Assembly (NCBI GenBank): GCA_963613915.1
Contig: CAVEBK010000003.1
Location: 1,702 to 65,701 of the forward strand
Origin: an uncultured Collinsella sp.
GTDB taxonomy: Bacteria; Spirochaetota; Spirochaetia; Treponematales; Treponemataceae
DNA: 64,000 bases
Direction: 5' to 3'
Shown: positions 53,432-62,108 of the stretch, in pieces
Position numbering within the stretch: position 1 is the stretch's first letter
Layout of the letters: every line of letters starts with the position of its first letter
Program-made: the position numbers and the translations under genes
Notes under the pieces: generated by a model
The model's input: the letters and a program-made list of their open reading frames with translations, nothing else
Database searches by the model: none
Told to the model about the DNA's origin: nothing

Positions 53432-54532
53432 ATGACAAAAACACTTTCATATCATAACGTAAATAAAACGCCATACCTTACATGGAACTGGTTAAAAATG
53501 AATCGCGGAACTCTCGAAACAACGATTGACGACAAAATCACTGTCTGTTCAAAAATCCGCGGTTCAAACGAAGGTCTTTTAGTTTACAAAGATGACGGAT
53601 CTTCCTGTGCAGAAATTGCAGAACTTGAACGTTCCATGCCTTTTATGGCACAAAGTTCAAGCACAGATACGACAGACATTATCAATTCACTCAATACAAT
53701 AAAATTCGCCCTTGTTGCACAGAAAAAATGCCCGGAAAATATCGTAATTGATTTTGACTTAAAAGACGGACAGTCTTATTCAGGCTCCCAGCTCATAATT
53801 GCAGAACCAGGCTCAGAACTGACAGTTATAATGAATTACACTTCCCTGCCCTTTGACGGAGGCTTCTGTGCAATCCAGACAAAAATCTGGGCAAAAGAAT
53901 ATTCAAAGGTGCATATCGTAAAAGTTCAGCTTTTGGGACAAAAATACATTCACCTTGACGACACACAGACACTTGCAGACGACAACGCAAAAATCGAAGT
54001 TACACAGATTGAACTCGGTTCAAGACAGGCCTTTGCAAACGTTACCTGTAACCTTACAGGCTATAAATCTTCTTTTACAAGCAGCACGGCTTATACAGCA
54101 AAAGATGAACAGGACTTCGACATGAACTACTGCACGGTTCACACAGGAAAAGAATCTGTTTCTAAAATGACTGTAAAGGGAACTGTAACAGGAAACGCAA
54201 AAAAACTTTACCGCGGAACAATTGATTTTAAGCGTGGCTGCGAAGGAGCAAAAGGAGACGAACAGGAAGAAACTCTTTTAGCATCTCCAGCTGCAGTAAA
54301 CCGTTCCATTCCAATGATTTTGTGTGGTGAAGAAAACGTAGAAGGTGCTCACGGCGGAAACTTAGGACATTTAGGTGCCGAAGAACTGTTTTATTTTCAG
54401 TCGCGTGGAATTGATGAAGAAAAAGCAAAATCAATAATGACACGTGCAAAAATAATGGAAACCGCCCAGAAAATTCCAGACGAACAGACCGTAAATAAGA
54501 TCAAGGATTTTATCGGTGAAGCTGATGACTGA
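53432..54532 (+). CDS. sufD: SufB/SufD family protein (SufD-like)
   Basis: Beta-helix SufBD domain (..EGAHGGNLGHLGAEELFYFQSRGIDEEKA..). Follows sufB. Confidence 0.8.
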   Translation: MTKTLSYHNVNKTPYLTWNWLKMNRGTLETTIDDKITVCSKIRGSNEGLLVYKDDGSSCAEIAELERSMPFMAQSSSTDTTDIINSLNTIKFALVAQKKCPENIVIDFDLKDGQSYSGSQLIIAEPGSELTVIMNYTSLPFDGGFCAIQTKIWAKEYSKVHIVKVQLLGQKYIHLDDTQTLADDNAKIEVTQIELGSRQAFANVTCNLTGYKSSFTSSTAYTAKDEQDFDMNYCTVHTGKESVSKMTVKGTVTGNAKKLYRGTIDFKRGCEGAKGDEQEETLLASPAAVNRSIPMILCGEENVEGAHGGNLGHLGAEELFYFQSRGIDEEKAKSIMTRAKIMETAQKIPDEQTVNKIKDFIGEADD

Positions 54533-54585
54533 TAAACTACATTCCTGTAATTTATCAGTCGTAAGAATTAAAACATCAATCTGTA

Positions 54586-54745
54586 TACGCGCAGCCGTGC
54601 GCTCATTTAATGCGCAAGGGATTGCAGTGGCGCCGTAGGCGTTCAAAAACGGGGGTTCGACAAGCTCAACCGCCGTTTTTGAATGGAGCGCGCAAGTCGC
54701 GGAACCACGAAAAGCCCGGTCTGCCACTTGTGGCAGATGTGCCCA
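54586..54745 (-). repeat. GC-rich structured intergenic element, copy R5 (inverted partner of R4)
   Basis: aagggattgcagtggcgccgtaggcg, ttcaaaaacgg..ccgtttttgaa, gcgcgcaagtcgcggaaccacgaaaagcccggtctgccacttgtggcagatg. The last roughly 52 bp equal the reverse complement of 59251-59302. Confidence 0.85.
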
Positions 54746-54749
54746 AATT

Positions 54750-55445
54750 CTACTTTAAAAGATATTCAACTGTTGTAACTACACGGACATTCTTTTTGTC
54801 TTCAAGTCCCTGAGCTGCATTGTCAATCGAAAAAAGTCCCTGTGTTGCTTTCTTGATTTTTCCAACCTTACTGTTTGAATCATGTGCAAACTGCTCAGCT
54901 GCTGTGCGGGCATTCTGTGTTGCCTGGGCAATCATTTCAGGTTTAATGTCGTTTAATTTTGTAAAATCATAGGAAATAAGACCGTCATATTCGCGGCTTA
55001 CTGTAACTCCGCTGGAAACAAGATCAAAAGAATCTGCATATGCAGACTTTACAGCCGGCACTTTTGAAGAACGAACAAGAATCGTCTGCCGTCCAATGTA
55101 AGTGTAGCGGATATTGTTCTGATCCATGTAAGTGTTCAGCGAGTTATCAGTAATTGCAGCCGGCAGAACCGAATAATCTTCTTCCGACAGACCATGGTCG
55201 CTAAGATATTTTTTTACGATTTCTGTCTTGGAAATAATTGTTTTCTGTAAATCCGTAAGTGAATTGTTTCCGACAGAAAAAATAAGGTTCCATACTGCAA
55301 GGTCTGCATCAACTTCTTTTTCAGCAAGTCCACGAACGCTTACGCTTCGCTCCGGCGTAATAATGTGTGCAAGTCCAAAAGAAATAATCACTGATGCAAT
55401 GATTACTGACAAACTAAACAGAATTCCGTTTTTTGATTTTTCCAT
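54750..55445 (-). CDS. SIMPL (DUF541) domain protein
   Basis: N-terminal TM segment, then the ..RSVSVRGLAEKEVDADLA.. motif typical of SIMPL. Confidence 0.75.
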   Translation of the reverse strand: MEKSKNGILFSLSVIIASVIISFGLAHIITPERSVSVRGLAEKEVDADLAVWNLIFSVGNNSLTDLQKTIISKTEIVKKYLSDHGLSEEDYSVLPAAITDNSLNTYMDQNNIRYTYIGRQTILVRSSKVPAVKSAYADSFDLVSSGVTVSREYDGLISYDFTKLNDIKPEMIAQATQNARTAAEQFAHDSNSKVGKIKKATQGLFSIDNAAQGLEDKKNVRVVTTVEYLLK

Positions 55446-55496
55446 AAAATCCTCCTTATAAAACTCCGCGTTAGCGGTGAGCCATGGATGGCGAAA

Positions 55497-55565
55497 ATCA
55501 CAGTTTGTGAAAGCATCGCTTGAACAAACTGTGATGATAAAAATTGCACGGATGCAATTTTTATC
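55497..55565 (-). other. two abutting perfect hairpins (11-bp and 13-bp stems); possible terminator or RNA element after the TIGR03905 gene
   Basis: atcacagtttg..caaactgtgat and gataaaaattgca-cgga-tgcaatttttatc. Only a 4-T run follows on the minus strand. Confidence 0.4.
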
Positions 55566-55583
55566 ATGCCTCCTATAAAAAAA

Positions 55584-55829
55584 TTAAGCCTGCATTACAG
55601 CCTTTGCCAGCTGGTCTGCACAGCTTGTATTTTTTGTTCCGCATAAATTTCCGGCAAGCTTTGCAGAAATTTCCTGAGCACTCATTCCTTCGCACAGTTT
55701 AGAAATTGCCTTTAAATTTCCGTTACAGCCGCCTTCAAAACAGATATTAAAGATTCTGCCATTTTCATCTTTTTCAAAATTTATTTTTTTAGCGCAGGTT
55801 CCGCTTGTTACATAAGATTTTTTTTCCAT
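55584..55829 (-). CDS. TIGR03905-like TSCPD domain protein
   Basis: 81 aa: GTCAKKINFE..FEGGCNGNLKAISKL..GTKNTSCADQLA. Confidence 0.75.
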   Translation of the reverse strand: MEKKSYVTSGTCAKKINFEKDENGRIFNICFEGGCNGNLKAISKLCEGMSAQEISAKLAGNLCGTKNTSCADQLAKAVMQA

Positions 55830-55879
55830 AAGTGTCCCCGATAAATTATCTTAACGATTTTTTTTAACTTTTTAAAGTT

Positions 55880-56611
55880 TTACAGCTTACGTCCCAAAAC
55901 CTTTAACAGATCAGGAACTATTTCTTCTCCGCGGAGTTTCCTGGCTTCTTCATACACTTTTAAAATATCCTGTGGCAATGTTTCTTTTTCGCCTTTTAAT
56001 GTCTGATACGGAGAATCTGTTTCAAAAAGAATTCTCTCTCTTTTAAGGCGTTTTACACACTCAATTGCAGATTTTTTTCCGTTAATTACAGGCTTTCCAA
56101 ACGAAAAATACGCATTCACGCCTTTCTGTAACATTGAGGCAGCTTCTAGAAAAGTGCCCGCCCAGGAATGAAAAATAACCGCCGGAACTTTTTTGAGTAT
56201 TTTTATGTCGCGAAAAAACAGATGAGTACATTTTCTGCCATGAACAACAAGCGGTTTTTCGTATTTTACTGCACATTCAAGCTGCAAAGACCAGGCTTTT
56301 TCCTGATTTTCAATATTCGCTTTAAAATCGTCAGTAAAAAGGTCAAAACCACATTCACCGATTGCGTCAATTTTATTGTTTTCTAAAAGTTCAATTAAAA
56401 AGTCTTTCTGGCTAAGGTCGGGATTTTGAGGATGAATTCCAAAGGTAGTAAAAAAATGAAGGTTTGAGCCCGCAGGAATTGAAGAAATTATCTTCTGCTG
56501 CTGTAAATATTCTTCTTTTGAAAGCACACAATCAAGGGCACAGTATTCTGTATTTTGCGGAAACTGAGGGAACTTAGAATGAACAAGGTGCAGGTGACAA
56601 TCAAAAATCAT
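55880..56611 (-). CDS. TatD family hydrolase (second paralog)
   Basis: FDCHLHL, GECGFD, HSW motifs. Start taken at Met6. Confidence 0.8.
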   Translation of the reverse strand: MIFDCHLHLVHSKFPQFPQNTEYCALDCVLSKEEYLQQQKIISSIPAGSNLHFFTTFGIHPQNPDLSQKDFLIELLENNKIDAIGECGFDLFTDDFKANIENQEKAWSLQLECAVKYEKPLVVHGRKCTHLFFRDIKILKKVPAVIFHSWAGTFLEAASMLQKGVNAYFSFGKPVINGKKSAIECVKRLKRERILFETDSPYQTLKGEKETLPQDILKVYEEARKLRGEEIVPDLLKVLGRKL

Positions 56612-56725
56612 AATAAGCCTTAACAAAGTAAAAAATAAAAAACGCTTAACCTTTTTTTTATTATACCGAAAATTTTAATGTACGGAACATTTAATTTTGC
56701 GGTAACTCCGCGGGAGGAAAAACAA

Positions 56726-56938
56726 ATGGGCACATACACTTTAAAAAGCATTGGAAAATCAACAGATTACATGACTGTAGTCCGCGAAATGGACGACGGC
56801 TACATTGTACGCATTGTACGCGACGAAGACGGCTACGAAGACGTTACAACTGATTTTATAAGCAAGGCACTGTTCGACTCATGCATCAGAACAGGCTACC
56901 TTACAAAGGTTGCAGCAGCTGTAGAAGCTTCTGCTTAA
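56726..56938 (+). CDS. small hypothetical protein (70 aa)
   Basis: GGGAGGAAAAACAA precedes ATG 56726. No family recognised. Confidence 0.5.
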   Translation: MGTYTLKSIGKSTDYMTVVREMDDGYIVRIVRDEDGYEDVTTDFISKALFDSCIRTGYLTKVAAAVEASA

Positions 56939-56942
56939 TTTA

Positions 56943-57941
56943 TTACAGATTATTCTCGGCTAATTCCAGGGCTGCCTTAAAACGTGTCTCGACAGACATT
57001 TCCTGAGGCAGCCAGTTTATTTTTATTCCTTTTTTTTCCATTCCACGGAACCACGTTTCCTGTCTTTTTGCAAACTGACCGATTGCAAGATTTAAAAGTT
57101 CAAACAGTTTTTCTTTAGATTCAATTCTGCCTTCAAGATATTCACTTACAAAACGATACTCAAGCCCAAGGCTTTCAAGACGCTGCCAGGCTGCTCCGTT
57201 TTTATGCAGACCTTCAACTTCTTCAATCAAACCTTCGTTTAAGCGGGAGCGCAGACGATCTGCAATCCGCTGTCGGACTAAAGAACGTTCAAGAGTTGTG
57301 CACATTACAAGCGGCTTTACGACCGGCCGCTCAGAAAGAATTTTTTCTTTTAAGACCTTATATTCATCAGATTTATTAAAACGGTTCAGTAAAATTGCCT
57401 TTACGATTCTTTCTTTGTCACCAAATTCGCTTGTATTATGAAGTTTTTGTTTTTCACTGATTAAAATTGACTTTAATTCTTCATACGAGAGTTCAAGAAG
57501 TTTCTGTTTTTCTTCTTCATTTTCGCTAAAAGGAATCATGTCATAGTTATGCAGGATTGAATCCACATACATTCCAGTTCCTCCGACAACAATCGGAAGA
57601 ACACTGCGTTTTAAGCAGTCCGCAAAAGAATTATAAAAATCACGCGTAAAATCAAAAAGACTGTATTCATAGGAAAGGTCAGTAACGTCAATAATGTGGT
57701 AGGGAACATTGTAAACGCCGTCAGTAATTTTTGTTTTTAAGCCTGGATTTAAAGAAAGGGCAGAAGATTCTTCCATTTTAAAATCTGCCAGATCTTTCCC
57801 GCTTCCAATATCAAGTCCGCGGTAAACCTGGCGGCTGTCCGCACTTAAAATTTCACCGTTTAAGCTTGCTGCAAGACGCACGCCGATTGCTGTTTTTCCG
57901 ACAGCGGTCGGTCCCATCAAAAAAATACAGTTATAAGACAT
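56943..57941 (-). CDS. miaA: tRNA dimethylallyltransferase
   Basis: P-loop GPTAVGKT, ..SADSRQVYRGLDIGS.., VGGTGMY. Confidence 0.9.
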   Translation of the reverse strand: MSYNCIFLMGPTAVGKTAIGVRLAASLNGEILSADSRQVYRGLDIGSGKDLADFKMEESSALSLNPGLKTKITDGVYNVPYHIIDVTDLSYEYSLFDFTRDFYNSFADCLKRSVLPIVVGGTGMYVDSILHNYDMIPFSENEEEKQKLLELSYEELKSILISEKQKLHNTSEFGDKERIVKAILLNRFNKSDEYKVLKEKILSERPVVKPLVMCTTLERSLVRQRIADRLRSRLNEGLIEEVEGLHKNGAAWQRLESLGLEYRFVSEYLEGRIESKEKLFELLNLAIGQFAKRQETWFRGMEKKGIKINWLPQEMSVETRFKAALELAENNL

Positions 57942-57973
57942 TAAATTTCCTTAAAACGCGTTCAGGCACAATT

Positions 57974-59218
57974 CTACAGAACACGGCAGACAGCGCATTT
58001 TAAATATTCAGACTTTGGATAACCTGCAAGAACAGGATGGTCAGGGCCTGCCCCATATTTTGCAAGAATCTGTACACGTTTTTTAGAATCTTCGGCAGCC
58101 TTCATAATCATTCCGTAAAAATGTTCAGAATCAAAAAAGTATGAACATGAACAGGTTACTAAAATTCCATTTTCCGTTAAAAGCCGCATTGCACGAAGGT
58201 TTATTTCTTTGTAACCGCCATAAGCCTTCTGAATGTTTTTTGCATTTTTTGTAAAAGCAGGAGGATCAAGAATAATCAAATCGAATTTTTCGCCCTTTGC
58301 TTCGTAATCTTTTAAAGCATCAAAAATATCAGCACAAACAGTCTTCATTTTTGTTCCGGCCTTATTAAGTTCAATATTTCTGTTTATCATTTCAACAGCT
58401 TCAGGACTTAAATCTATGCTGGTAATTTCTTTTGCTCCGCCCTTAAAACAGTTAAGCCCGAATGAACCTGTGTGACTGCACGCATCAAGAACTTTTTTGC
58501 CTGCTGCAAGTTTTGAAACCTGTTTTCTGTTGAATTTCTGGTCAAGAAAGTAACCGGTCTTCTGTCCGTGAGCAATATCAACTTCTAAAAGAACATCATT
58601 TTCGCGGATCGTTATTTTTTCTTCCCTGACTTCGCCAAGCCAGCATGCTTTTTCTTCTAAGCCTTCTTTTTCGCGCACGGCTGCGTCATCACGTTCAAAA
58701 ATTCCATAAGGACGGATAATCTTTTTTAATGCTTCAAGAATTTCTTTCCTGAAAACTTCTGCACTCAGCGACAAAAACTGAACGACAAGATAAATATTCT
58801 TTTTTACATCAAAATAACGTTCAACAATAAGCCCCGGAATTAAATCTGCTTCTGCATAAACGAGGCGGTAACTGTCTTTCATGTCATAATAGAGCTTTCT
58901 TAAATCGTAGGCATCCTGAATTTTCTTTGTGTAATAGCCCTGAACATCTTTCATAATCTGGTCGGCATGGTCTTTTCCGATAATGCGTACTGTAATCTTT
59001 GATTTTCTATTGATTACGCCTGTTCCCAGAAATCCGCCGGCATTTGCAAAGACTTCTACAACTTCACCGTCTTTTACCATGCATTCTTCAAGGCTAGTCT
59101 GTTTTACTCCGCTTTTTGAATCAAACTTTACATGGTCAATTTCATTATCAAAAACCCATGGGAATCCCTGGGCAACTTCAATTTCTTCTCCTGGTTTTAA
59201 AAACACTCTTGCAAACAT
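57974..59218 (-). CDS. class I SAM-dependent rRNA methyltransferase (RlmI-like, PUA plus MTase)
   Basis: N-terminal PUA-like domain, VLDACSHTGSFG, ILDPPAF. Confidence 0.8.
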   Translation of the reverse strand: MFARVFLKPGEEIEVAQGFPWVFDNEIDHVKFDSKSGVKQTSLEECMVKDGEVVEVFANAGGFLGTGVINRKSKITVRIIGKDHADQIMKDVQGYYTKKIQDAYDLRKLYYDMKDSYRLVYAEADLIPGLIVERYFDVKKNIYLVVQFLSLSAEVFRKEILEALKKIIRPYGIFERDDAAVREKEGLEEKACWLGEVREEKITIRENDVLLEVDIAHGQKTGYFLDQKFNRKQVSKLAAGKKVLDACSHTGSFGLNCFKGGAKEITSIDLSPEAVEMINRNIELNKAGTKMKTVCADIFDALKDYEAKGEKFDLIILDPPAFTKNAKNIQKAYGGYKEINLRAMRLLTENGILVTCSCSYFFDSEHFYGMIMKAAEDSKKRVQILAKYGAGPDHPVLAGYPKSEYLKCAVCRVL

Positions 59219-59244
59219 ATTTTTTTTCCTTTTTTTTCTCTTCT

Positions 59245-59389
59245 GGGCGCATCTGCCACAAGTGGCAGACCGGGCTTTTCGTGGTTCCGCGACTTGCGCG
59301 CTTCATTCAAAAACGGGGTTTCACCGCCGTTTTTGAACGCCTTCGGCGCCACTACAATCCCTTGCGCGAACTGCACCTGGCCGCGCGCA
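59245..59389 (+). repeat. GC-rich structured intergenic element, copy R4 (inverted partner of R5)
   Basis: ctgccac-aa-gtggcag, accgggcttttcgtggttccgcgacttgcgcgcttcattc, ttcaaaaacgg..ccgtttttgaa, cttcggcgccactacaatccc. Confidence 0.85.
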
Positions 59390-62065
59390 TTAAAATCCGT
59401 AATCAGATTCTTCTTTCTGCTTCTTTGCAGGCTGAAAGACTTTAGTAAATACTTCCATTGCCCTGCAGACAGGAACAAAGTTTATTCCGTTCTTGACAAT
59501 CTCTGGAATTTCTTCCAGGTCGCGTTCATTTGCCTTTGGAATAAAAATGGTCTTTATTCCATTGCGTTTTGCAGCAACAGTTTTTTCCCTCAAACCACCA
59601 ATCGGCATTACGCTGCCGGTTAAATCAAGTTCGCCTGTCATTGCAACATGAGGCTTTACAATTCTTCCCGTCAAAAGCGACATAAAGGTTGTTGCCATTG
59701 TAATTCCTGCGCTTGGGCCGTCTTTTGGCGTTGCTCCTTCAGGAATATGCAGATGAATTACATTCTGTTCAAACCAGTTCTGCGGCTTTATTTTATGTTC
59801 AATTGCATACTGTTTTACAAAATTAAAGGCAATCTGAGAGCTTTCCTTCATAACGTCGCCCATCTGACCTGTTAAAACAAGTCCGCCCTTATTGTCAGGG
59901 AAGCTTATTGCTTCAATTAAAAGAGTGTCGCCACCCATGCTGGTCCATGCAAGCCCGATACAGGTTCCAGGAACTTCAGCCTTTTTAATTTCGCTTTCGT
60001 CAAAAACAGGCTTTCCAAGATAACGGTCAAGGTCTTTTGCGTCAATCGTAAAAGTTTTTTCGCTTAAAGTTTTTGTTTCGTTATTTTGAATTTCTTCTAA
60101 ATCGCTCAGTTTTTTTATGTCTGCAGGAATTCCAGAAAGTCCTTCCGTAACGATTTTGCGGTGAATGCGGTCAATGCATTTTTCATAATTGCGCACCCCG
60201 GCTTCGCGGGCATATTCCTCTGCAATTCTCGAAAGTGCTGACTTTGTATATTTTACCTGAGATTTTGCAAGTCCGTTTTTTTCAAGATTTTTTGGAATCA
60301 AATATTTGCGCGCAATTTCAAGCTTTTCCTGATCAATGTAACCTGCAAGCTGAATTATTTCTGCACGATCAAGTAAAGGCCCCGGAATTGAGTCAAGAGT
60401 ATTTGCAGTAAGAATAAAAAATACATTGCTTACGTCAAACGGAAGATCAAGGTAACTGTCGCGGAAAGAAACATTCTGCTCAGGATCAAGAACTTCCAGC
60501 AATGCACTTGCAGGATCTCCCTGAACGCTTGAACCCATTTTATCAATTTCGTCAATCATAAAGACAGGCGACTTTGTTTTTGTAATTTTTAAGCCCTGCA
60601 GGATTTTTCCAGGCATGGCACCAATATAAGTTCTGCGGTGACCTTTAATTTCTGCTTCGTCGCGCATTCCTCCAACGCTGAAGCGGTAAAAAGGTTTGTT
60701 CATTGCTTCTGCAATCGAGTGTCCGATCGAAGTTTTTCCAACTCCAGGAGGGCCGACAAGAATCAGTATTGAACCCTTGCTGTCGTTTTTCATTTTGCGG
60801 ACTGCAAGATATTCAAGGATTCGTTTTTTTACGTCGTCCAGGCCGTAATGGTCTTTTTCGAGAATCTTATAGGCTTTTGCAAGATCAAGGTTTTCCTGTT
60901 TTTCTTCGTTCCAAGGAAGAGAGCAGACAAGTTCAAGATAGTTGCGGCTTACAAAATATTCAGAAGAAGCAGGATCCATAAGCTTGAATTTTTCAAGTTC
61001 ACTTTCAACGCTTTCCTTTACTTCGCCTTCAAATTTAAAGCTTTCAATTTTTGCCTTAAATTTTGAATAATCATTGCCTTCGCCGTCAGCACCTACTCCA
61101 AGTTCATCCTGGATTGCCTTCATTTCTTCACGCAAAAAGTATTCGCGCTGATTTTTTTCGATTTTTTCGTTCAGTTCATTCTGAACTTTTTTCTGCATTC
61201 TGAGCAGTTCCTGCTCTTTTTTAATGAATACTAAAACCTGCTCAAGGCGGGAGCGGATATTTGTTTCTTCAAGAACCTTCTGCTGTTCAAGTTTGTCAAC
61301 ATTCAAAATGGAAGCAACAAAATCTGCAATTTTTCCCGGATTATCGATATTCACCATATTTAACCGCATTTCTTCGGAAAAAAGAGGATTATTGTCACTT
61401 ATTTCTTTCATTTCGCTGATAAGAGCGCGGGTCAAAGCCTTGGTTTCAAAAGTGTCGCTTTCTTCGTCTTCAAGATAGGAAACAACAGCTACAACCGGAT
61501 TTTTTGCCGACAAGGTGCGTTTAATCGAAAACCGCTTTATCGTTGAAACAAAAATATTTACTCCACCATCAGGCAGATTGATTTTTTTAATGATGCGGGC
61601 AGCAGTTCCGATTGAATACAGATCGCTTACACATGGAGTTTCAGATTCATTTTTTGAAAGGACAAGTCCGATAAAACCGTTGTCTGCAAATGCGTCTTCA
61701 ACAGTTTTTACGTCGTCTGAATTAGAAATCATTAAAGGCGTAAAAATTCCAGGGAAAATCGGTCTGCCGTTAAGGGCCAGCAGCGGAAGTTTTACAGGCA
61801 ACGTCTGGTCAATCGAAATAATTGAACCGAAGGAACCGTCTTTACCTTCCTTTTTTTTGCCTGAAATTTTCTTCTTTTTAGAATCTTTTTTTTCAGTTTT
61901 TTTGCCCTGATCGTCTTTTTCCAATGTTACTTCAATATCAACAGGAACTTCTTCTTCGCCTTTATTTTTATTGATTAAATCATTTAATGCGTTTTTAAAT
62001 TGCTCGGCAGCTTCTTCAATCGTACTGTCAAAATCTTTGTTATCGTCGTTATTATCTTTTGCCAT
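59390..62065 (-). CDS. lon: ATP-dependent protease La (Lon) with a low-complexity N-terminal extension
   Basis: GPPGVGKTS Walker A and the catalytic PKDGPSAG motif. Confidence 0.95.
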   Translation of the reverse strand: MAKDNNDDNKDFDSTIEEAAEQFKNALNDLINKNKGEEEVPVDIEVTLEKDDQGKKTEKKDSKKKKISGKKKEGKDGSFGSIISIDQTLPVKLPLLALNGRPIFPGIFTPLMISNSDDVKTVEDAFADNGFIGLVLSKNESETPCVSDLYSIGTAARIIKKINLPDGGVNIFVSTIKRFSIKRTLSAKNPVVAVVSYLEDEESDTFETKALTRALISEMKEISDNNPLFSEEMRLNMVNIDNPGKIADFVASILNVDKLEQQKVLEETNIRSRLEQVLVFIKKEQELLRMQKKVQNELNEKIEKNQREYFLREEMKAIQDELGVGADGEGNDYSKFKAKIESFKFEGEVKESVESELEKFKLMDPASSEYFVSRNYLELVCSLPWNEEKQENLDLAKAYKILEKDHYGLDDVKKRILEYLAVRKMKNDSKGSILILVGPPGVGKTSIGHSIAEAMNKPFYRFSVGGMRDEAEIKGHRRTYIGAMPGKILQGLKITKTKSPVFMIDEIDKMGSSVQGDPASALLEVLDPEQNVSFRDSYLDLPFDVSNVFFILTANTLDSIPGPLLDRAEIIQLAGYIDQEKLEIARKYLIPKNLEKNGLAKSQVKYTKSALSRIAEEYAREAGVRNYEKCIDRIHRKIVTEGLSGIPADIKKLSDLEEIQNNETKTLSEKTFTIDAKDLDRYLGKPVFDESEIKKAEVPGTCIGLAWTSMGGDTLLIEAISFPDNKGGLVLTGQMGDVMKESSQIAFNFVKQYAIEHKIKPQNWFEQNVIHLHIPEGATPKDGPSAGITMATTFMSLLTGRIVKPHVAMTGELDLTGSVMPIGGLREKTVAAKRNGIKTIFIPKANERDLEEIPEIVKNGINFVPVCRAMEVFTKVFQPAKKQKEESDYGF

Positions 62066-62108
62066 ATTAATAATTTACTAACAAAACCTTTGCTCGACAA
62101 TATAAAAA

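Noticed and set aside
54431-54727. A 98-aa ORF sharing the peptide ADRAFRGSATCALHSKT with ORF 58983-59336.
   Set aside because: The similarity arises from translating the inverted copies R5 and R4 of the same repeat. It is not evidence for a paralogous protein gene.
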